Origin: the human T2T-CHM13v2.0 reference genome, Homo sapiens
Direction: 5' to 3' (one strand)
Assembly: GCF_009914755.1 (NCBI RefSeq)
Contig: NC_060935.1
DNA: 64,000 nt
Part shown: positions 56,019 through 64,000 of the stretch, piece after piece
Numbering within the stretch: the first letter of the stretch is position 1
How the letters are laid out: each line of letters starts with the position of its first letter
Made by a program: the position numbers and the translations under genes
Notes under the pieces: generated by a model
Database searches by the model: none
Seen by the model: only the letters and a program-made list of their open reading frames with translations
Told to the model about the DNA's origin: nothing

Positions 56019-56679
56019 TGTATATATTTGAATACATGAGCTATAATTTACTTATTTAACAGAAAAAAGTAAAATGAAATGTTTTTAATATCAGTGGCAG
56101 ATTGATGATTACATTTTCATTTTAAATGACTTAGGAATCCTTGTTACCTTATCGTTGTTCTTTCCCATTAAAAAGACATAAGCACAGAACTCTTCTAAGT
56201 CTACTGAAAATTAGCCACTGAGAAGAGTTCCCACAAATCACACTTCAGAATAGAGTTACACTTCAGCTTTAGTAACTGTTTTTCTTACATATTTCTCTAA
56301 TTGTCAGTTGATGTTAAAATGTATACAGACCACTTGAAGCACAGTAGTATAAAAGTCAGACTATAATTATTTATTTCTGCCATCTCATGTATCATTTTTC
56401 TCCACTGCCCCCCTCACAGGCACACACACAAAACAAACTTTAAAAAATGAAATGAAAAATTATGGCTTCCAGCTGCTAGCACAGTATGTCCCAACTCTTA
56501 AGAAATACATAGTCCAGTAGGGTGAGACCAATAATAAACATGACATGAATGTGAAAATTTAGAATTCCAACTTGTACTATGAAGGAAATAAAGTAGTATG
56601 GTGAAGAATGCCTAGAATTGTCAGTCTCCAGCAAGATTATACTTTTGGATTTAGTGGCATGGTTTAAATTGCTTCGGCC

Positions 56680-57015
56680 GGTCCCATGATCTGCTATCTG
56701 AAAGCTAAAGATCCAAGACAACCAATAGGTCTGAGATGCGGTGGCTCACGCCCATAATCCCAGCCCTTTAGGAGGCTAAGGCAGGTGAATCACTTGAGGT
56801 CAGGAATACGAGACCAGCCTGGCCAACATGGTGAAACTCTATCTCTAATAAAAATACCAAAATACAGTGAGCATGGTGGCGGGCAAATGTAATACCTGCT
56901 ACTCAGGAGGTTGAGGCAGGAGAATCCCTTGAACTCAGGAGGCGAAGGTTGCAGTGAGCCGAGATCGCACCACTGTACTCCAGCCTGGGCGACAGAGTGA
57001 GAATCTTTCAAAAAA

Positions 57016-57046
<31 letters not shown>

Positions 57047-57310
57047 GAAAGAACTGAGATGAGAGAGATAAAATTAGATGTCTTATCTCAAATAAGCAAA
57101 GAGATGTATTGTTCCTTCCTCTTCCTATTGTTCTATTCAGGCCTTCAGTGGCTTAGATAATGACCACCACACTGGGGAGGGTAACCTACTTTACTTATTT
57201 CACCAATTCAAATGCTAATCTTATCTGAAAATATCCTCAAGCAGACATCCAGAAACAATGCCTAATCTGAGACCCCTATTACTAGTTAACACATAAAATT
57301 AAGCAACACA
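56680..57310 (-). mobile_element. MLT2 (ERVL) LTR interrupted by Alu
   Basis: GTCCCATGATCTGCTATCTG...; TTGTTCTATTCAGGCCTTCAG, CACCAATTCAAATGCTAATC, ACACATAAAATTAAGCAACACA. Confidence 0.8.
56728..57050 (+). mobile_element. AluS (Sx/Sz-like)
   Basis: Full dimer with CACTTGAGGTCAGG and GACCAGCCTGGCCAACATGG; long A/GAAAA tail. Confidence 0.9.
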
Positions 57311-58533
57311 GGACATCATAGCCAAAATTTTAATACATTCAGTTTTTACTCCAAATAGTGTTGACTGTTATCTAACACTGTATAAAATCAATTTCCTCAT
57401 TTCAGAAGGATTTATGATACACTGTTTGAACTATTATGTGTTACATTGACATTTTCTAACCAAATTTGTAATTTGTATTTTAAGCATGATAATAAAGCAT
57501 ATTATTATTAGTTATCACATCTTTTACTTGGTCTTTTTAATTCTGAAATGTCATTACTGTATTCATCCATTCACAGAAGATAAACACTTTCTTCCCTTTA
57601 TGCTTCTTAGTTATTTCACAATACTTCTAGCCTCATTGTACATAATGACTTCGTTAGGAAACTTTGTGTGAAACTTTCCTGCTGTTCTGTAGCCTAAATC
57701 AGAAAGGTACAAAAGCACTGATCAGAGCTGTAAATAGAAATTGCTTGTTGATTACACATTATGAAAAAGCTTAGTTATGGTGTATTTTTACAATATTATT
57801 ATATCTGACTTTTATCACTTTAAAATGTTTCTGGAACTATTTCTATGTAGCTATATAATCATTAATTTCTCATATATTGCATTTAAATTGCAGAATTCAT
57901 GAGGAGCTATTCTTTCCATAATAAGATAATGGTGTTTATGCATTATATGCCACTCTATTATTTTTCTCTTTCAGTATAATATGCATGAAAAACAATACTA
58001 ATATTATTAAAATTTTGACATTTGAATAAAACATGATTTTTTGTGTGTTTCCAAACTTATGAATGCATATAACAGAGATAATTTTATACACTTTTTTAAA
58101 TATGCCACACGATAATATATGTGAGTGTGCATTTACTACCAGTGTCTCTATATCTCTCATTGTACAGATGAAGAAAATGAGACCAGGTATGTTTGTTGAT
58201 TGCTTAATGTACCAATTTGGCCTAGAATCCTCATATATTGGTAATAAAACTAGTACGTCACAGTCAATGAAATCAAAAGTCAATTTGTTTAAATAGGGCA
58301 ACACAAAGACAAAGATATAAACCTGTTGGCTATCAATTTTAAAAATAAGTATGTGGTAGCTTATTTGTTTACATATTTCAGTAAAGAAGAAATAGTTTAC
58401 TGTTTCTGAAACTTCTCTATAAAAGACAAATGGCAGTTTAGGGGAATAATGTATTTTTAAAAATATATGTAAAAATAAAATACGGACAATAGCAAAGGGG
58501 CTGGGAGAGAGAACACAGAAGTACCTGCTCTAA

Positions 58534-59981
58534 TGGTACTGGTACCAAAACAGATACATAGACCAATGGATCTGAACAGAGCCCTCAGAAATAACACCAC
58601 ACATCTACCACCATCTGATCTTTGACAAGCCTGACAAGAACAAGCAATGGGGAAAGGATTCCCTGTTTAATAAAGGGTGTTGGGAAAACTGGCTAGCCAT
58701 GTGCAGAAAATTGAAACTGGACCCCTTCCTTACACCTTATACAAAAATTAACTCAAGATGGATTAAAGACCTAAATGTAAGACTTAAAACCATAAAAACC
58801 CTAGAAGAAAACCTAGGCAATATCATTCAGGCATAGGCATTGGAAAAGACTTCATGACTAAACCACCAGAAGCAATGGCAACAAAAGCCAAAACTGACAA
58901 ATGGGATCTAATTAAGCTAAAGAGCTTCTGCACAGCAAAAGGAACTATCATCAGAGTGAACAGGCAACCTACAGAATGGGAGAAATTTTTTGCAATTTAT
59001 CCATCTGACAGAGGGCTATATCTGGAATCTACAAATAACTTAAATTTACAAGAAAACAACAAACAACCCCATCAAAAAGTGAGCGAAGGATACGAAAAGA
59101 CACTTTTCAAAAGAAGACATTTATGCAGCCAACGAATATATGAAGAAAATCTCATCATCACTTGTCATGAGAGAAACGCAAATCAAAACCACAATGAGAT
59201 ACCATCTCACACCAGTTAGAACTGCAACCATTAAAAAGTCAGGAATCAACAGATGCTGGAGAGGATGTGAAGAAATAGGAACGCTTTTACACCATTGGTG
59301 GCAGTGTAAAGTAGTTCAACCATTGTGGAAGACAGTGTGGCGATTCCCCAAGGGTCTAGAGCAAGAAACACCGTTTGACCAAGCAATTCCATTACTGGGT
59401 ATATACCCAAAGGATTATAAATCATTCTACTATAAAGACACATGCACATGTATGTTTCTTGTAGCACTATTCACAAAAGCAAAGACTTGGAACCAACCCA
59501 AATGCCCATCAATAATAGACTGGATAAAGAAAATGTGGCACATATACAACATGGAATACTATGCAGCCATAAAAAGGGATGAGTTCATGTCCTTTGCAGG
59601 GACATGGATGAAGCTGGAAACTGTCATTCTTAGCAAACTAACACAAGAACAGAAAACCTATCACTGCACGTTCTCACTCATAAGTGGGACTTGAACAATG
59701 AGAACACACGGACACAGGGAGGGAAACATCACACATCGGGACCTGGTGGGGGTAGGGGGCTAGGGGAGGGATAGCATCAGGAGAAATACCTAATGTAGAT
59801 GACAGGTTGATGGGTGCAGCAAGCCACCATTGCACGTGTATGCCTATATAACAAACCTGCACATTCTGCACATGAAGGTTGATGGGTGCAGCAAACCATC
59901 ATTGCATGTGTATGCCTATATAACAAACCTGCACATTCTGCACATGTACCCCAGAACTTAAAGCATAATAATAAGAAGAAA
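58534..59981 (+). mobile_element. 5'-truncated L1PA (about PA7-PA8), 1.45 kb
   Basis: ORF2 C-terminal peptides in track (59140-59694); TSD AGAAGTACCTGCT(C/G)TAA at 58517-58533 and 59982-59998. Confidence 0.95.
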
Positions 59982-60935
59982 AGAAGTACCTGCTGTAACA
60001 TTTTTATAATACAAGTGTGAAGTAGTATGAAAATACTTGGAAGTCAACTATAATGATATAAAACTATATTTAAGACTAGAATAAAGATACACTAAAACAT
60101 CACTAAAATATAAATTAAAAAGTTATACTTAAAAAGCTAAATAAAGTAGAGAAAATTGAAACATAAGAATATTGTAAAATTTATAATTCAATTTTGATGC
60201 GAATGTTCTAAAAATTCCAGTTAAAACTCTATGAACATCATAATGGCTAAAAAAGTGTAGACCAAATTCTCAGCTGTCTACAAGAAACCCACTTTATATG
60301 TAAAGATTTATATGTAAAGACACAAATAGATTGTCTTTAAATATAAAATAATTATTTTACTAATACTAATCCGAAGAAAACTAGAATAACAATACTGTAT
60401 CAGATGAAGTAGATTTAGAGCAAAGAGTTTATGGAAGAAAAGGGAAATTGTAAATAATGATAAAGCCTCAATTACTCAATAATACATAACAATTTTAAAT
60501 GATTTTGTGCAAAATACCTTAGCCTCAAAATAAATGAGGTAACATTGATAGAACTAAATGAGGAAAAAATCCATAATTATAGTTGGATATTTCACTAATT
60601 CATAAAAATATTACAAAAAATATAAAACTGCAAATTATTATATCTTACCAACATAATCAAAAATTCTTCAAAAAAATTTGGAAAATTAACTCCAACAACA
60701 TGTGAAAAGAGTAATCCATTGTGATAAAGTGAATTTCAGGTCAGAAATGCAAGGTTGGTTCAACATCCAAAATGAATGTGACCTACTATGTTTACATTCT
60801 CACAAAATAAAAAAAATGTAATCAATATATACAGAAAAAAAGTGAAAAACAATCCTCCATTCATCATTAAAAATGATCAGCAGTTTGGAAATACATAAAA
60901 CCTTCATCAACCTGATAAAAGGTATTTACAGAAAC

Positions 60936-61557
60936 AAGCTTATTTTTCTTATGATGTACTTCAGGTCCATTTATGTTGTCTCAAGTGGTAGAATTTCTTT
61001 CTCTTTTAAGGCAGAATAATATTCCATTGTGTGTATACACCATGCTTTCCTTATGCACTAATCCACTGATGTGCATTCAGTTTGTTTCCATATCATAGTT
61101 ATTTTGAATAATGCTAAAAAGAATATGTGAGTTTGGGTTTATCTTTAAGATTCTGACTTCACCTCCTTTGGATAAATATTTGAAGTGGGACAGTTCAAAC
61201 ATACAGTTATTACATTTTTAATTTTTGAAGAACATCTATAGTAAAATTTCAGTTATGCAAGATAAGTTCCAATAATCCACTATGCAGCATAGTGCCTATA
61301 GTTAGCAATATTGTATAGTAAACTTAAAATTTTCTAAGAACTTTTATCTTATGTTAAATGTTCTTATCACAAAAATGAAATAATAAAATAAAGGTGGTGG
61401 AAGGAAACTTTGGGAGGTGGTGGATAAACCTATAGCCGTGATGGTAGTGATAGTTTCATGGGTGTATACTTATCTTCAAACTCATGGAGATATATACATT
61501 AAATATCTACAACTTTTTACGTGCTTATCATACCTAAATAAAGCAGTTAAAAAAAAT
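60936..61557. mobile_element. L1MA/MB-type 3' fragment with 5' inversion (minus 60936-61240, plus 61241-61557)
   Basis: Antisense GAATAATATTCCATTGTGTGTATACACCA block joined directly to sense 3' end TTTCAGTTATGCAAG...GGAAACTTTGGGAGGTG...AATAAAGCAGTTAAAAAAA. Confidence 0.75.
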
Positions 61558-61568
61558 AGTAACTCTAG

Positions 61569-61937
<369 letters not shown>

Positions 61938-62233
61938 CTAATATCATGCTTAATGGTAAAAACTGAATATCTACCACTTCATCAGAAATAAGTAAAGCCT
62001 ATCTATTCTAATAATTACCGTTCAACATTGTATAAGAGCCATTGCAAAAAGACAAGAAAAATAAATAAAATATACCCACAGTTTGAATGAAAAAGAATAA
62101 AATTGTTATTATCCACAGTCTACATTATTATCTATATAAATAATCTAAAAATACTAAAATTTTTTTAAATTTTAGCAACTTTATAGAATTAAAGGCATAC
62201 ATTTAAATATGTCTATGCATCAAAATGAATTTT

Positions 62234-62515
62234 TTTTTTTGAGACGGAATCTCACTCTGTCGCCCAGACTGGAATGCAGTGGTGCAATCTCGGGTCACTG
62301 CAAGCTCTGCCCCCTGGGTTCACGCCATTCTCCTGCCTCAGCCTCCCGAGTAGCTAGGATTACAGTTGTGTGCCACCATGCCTGGCTAATTTTTTTGTGT
62401 TTTTAGTAGAGACGGGGTTTCACCGTGTTAGCCAGGAAGGTCTTGATCGCCTCGCCTCGCCCGCCTTGGTCTCCCAAAGTGCTGGGATTACAGGAATGAG
62501 CCACCACCCCAGGCC
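62234..62515 (-). mobile_element. AluY-like
   Basis: GCAAGCTC, TTCACGCCATTCTCC, CCGTGTTAGCCAGG; 13-bp TSD CAAAATGAATTTT (62221-62233, 62516-62528). Confidence 0.9.
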
Positions 62516-63036
62516 CAAAATGAATTTTAATAAGACAATATTATATTCAATAGTTGTTGAAATATGAAACACTTAAAGAAATATTTAAAAGTGTACTAGA
62601 ACTTAACAAAAACTACAAAACTTGGCTATCACAAATTAGAGATCTAAATAAATAGGGTGATATACCATGTGCATATACGAGAGCACATAATCTTGTTTAA
62701 TCGCTTCTCCCCAAATTCATTTAGAGATTCAGTGAAACCCCAGTAAAATCCTAGCATATTTTCTGGGAGGAAATTGACAAGCTGATTCTAAAATTCATAT
62801 GGAAATGCAAAGGCCCTAGAATATCTGGAACAACTCTGAAAGAGAGCAAAGTTGTAAAATATACACTCTCTGAATTCAAAAGCTAATATAGACTATAGTA
62901 ATTAAGATCCTGAATATTTACATAAAGATGATAATAATGATCAATATAACAGATTACAGAGTGGGAAAATATGCTCCCAAATATATGGAAAATTGATTTT
63001 GACCAAAGTACCAACACGATTTAATGGAGAAAGACA

Positions 63037-63199
63037 GCCAAATGCAGTGGCTTATGCCTGTAGTCTCAGCTTGGGAGGCTGAGGTAGGAAGATTCTTTGA
63101 GCCCAGGAGATCAAGGGTATAGTGAACTATGATCACATCACTGCACTCCAGCCTGGGTGAAACTCTGTCTTTAAAAAAAAAAAAAAAGAAAGAAAAAAA
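63037..63199 (+). mobile_element. FRAM/AluJ right-monomer
   Basis: GCCTGTAGTCTCAGC...TTGAGCCCAGGAG...CACTGCACTCCAGCCTGGG then A tail. Confidence 0.75.
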
Positions 63200-63618
<419 letters not shown>

Positions 63619-63849
63619 TTAGTCTATGTACAAAAATTAACATGAAATGGATCATCATAGTTAGAAATTTAGTGTTGAAACTAATGTTTTAAAAAGGAAG
63701 CATAAGATAAAATCTCAGTAACCATAAATTTGTCAAAGCTTTCTTAACAATACATAAATTTTAAAATAAAAAATTGGGAAATCCAACTTGGTCAAAATTA
63801 AAACTTTTTTTTTTTTTTACTGTTACCAGTTCCTGGTTTCATTTCATTA

Positions 63850-64000
63850 TGGTGAGAAAGACCAAAATAGATGACTCTTTATCAACTAAAATGGACCATA
63901 AAACTAAAGAAACAAAGTTAACTAGCTGAAGGTTCAGGGCCTAGCTGTCTTGGCAAATTTCTAAATTCCTAAAGTACAAGAAAAACCACTCTCTTGTTAA
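63850..64000 (+). mobile_element. Start of MER4-group LTR (MER66/MER67-like), runs off the window
   Basis: ACCAAAATAGATGACTCTTTATCAACTAAAATGGACC...GGTTCAGGGCCTAGCTG...GGCAAATTTCTAAATTCCT. Confidence 0.55.

Overview
Primate (Alu-bearing, including AluY-type copies, so most likely human or great ape) AT-rich, CpG-poor non-coding DNA with no recognisable host protein-coding exon, CpG island, RNA gene or CRISPR array. Most of the window is layered transposable-element sequence. It holds a near full-length L1PB-type LINE (about 7.1-14.1 kb) carrying a 657-bp palindromic, codon-phased AT-rich VNTR. An old minus-strand L1 (26.7-36.2 kb) hosts a two-LTR LTR1/HUERS-P-type mini-provirus with a tRNA-Pro PBS and PPT, plus an LTR26-like solo LTR with an AluJ inside. 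There is also an ERV-L relic with an internally inverted pol segment, two oppositely oriented 5'-truncated L1PA copies with clear TSDs, several solo LTRs, Alus, MIR/L2 and microsatellites. The recognisable ORFs in the track are TE-derived or repeat artefacts. I found no convincing new biological system; the best leads are structural oddities of the elements. Subfamily names come from recalled consensus sequences rather than a search, and boundaries of old elements are approximate.
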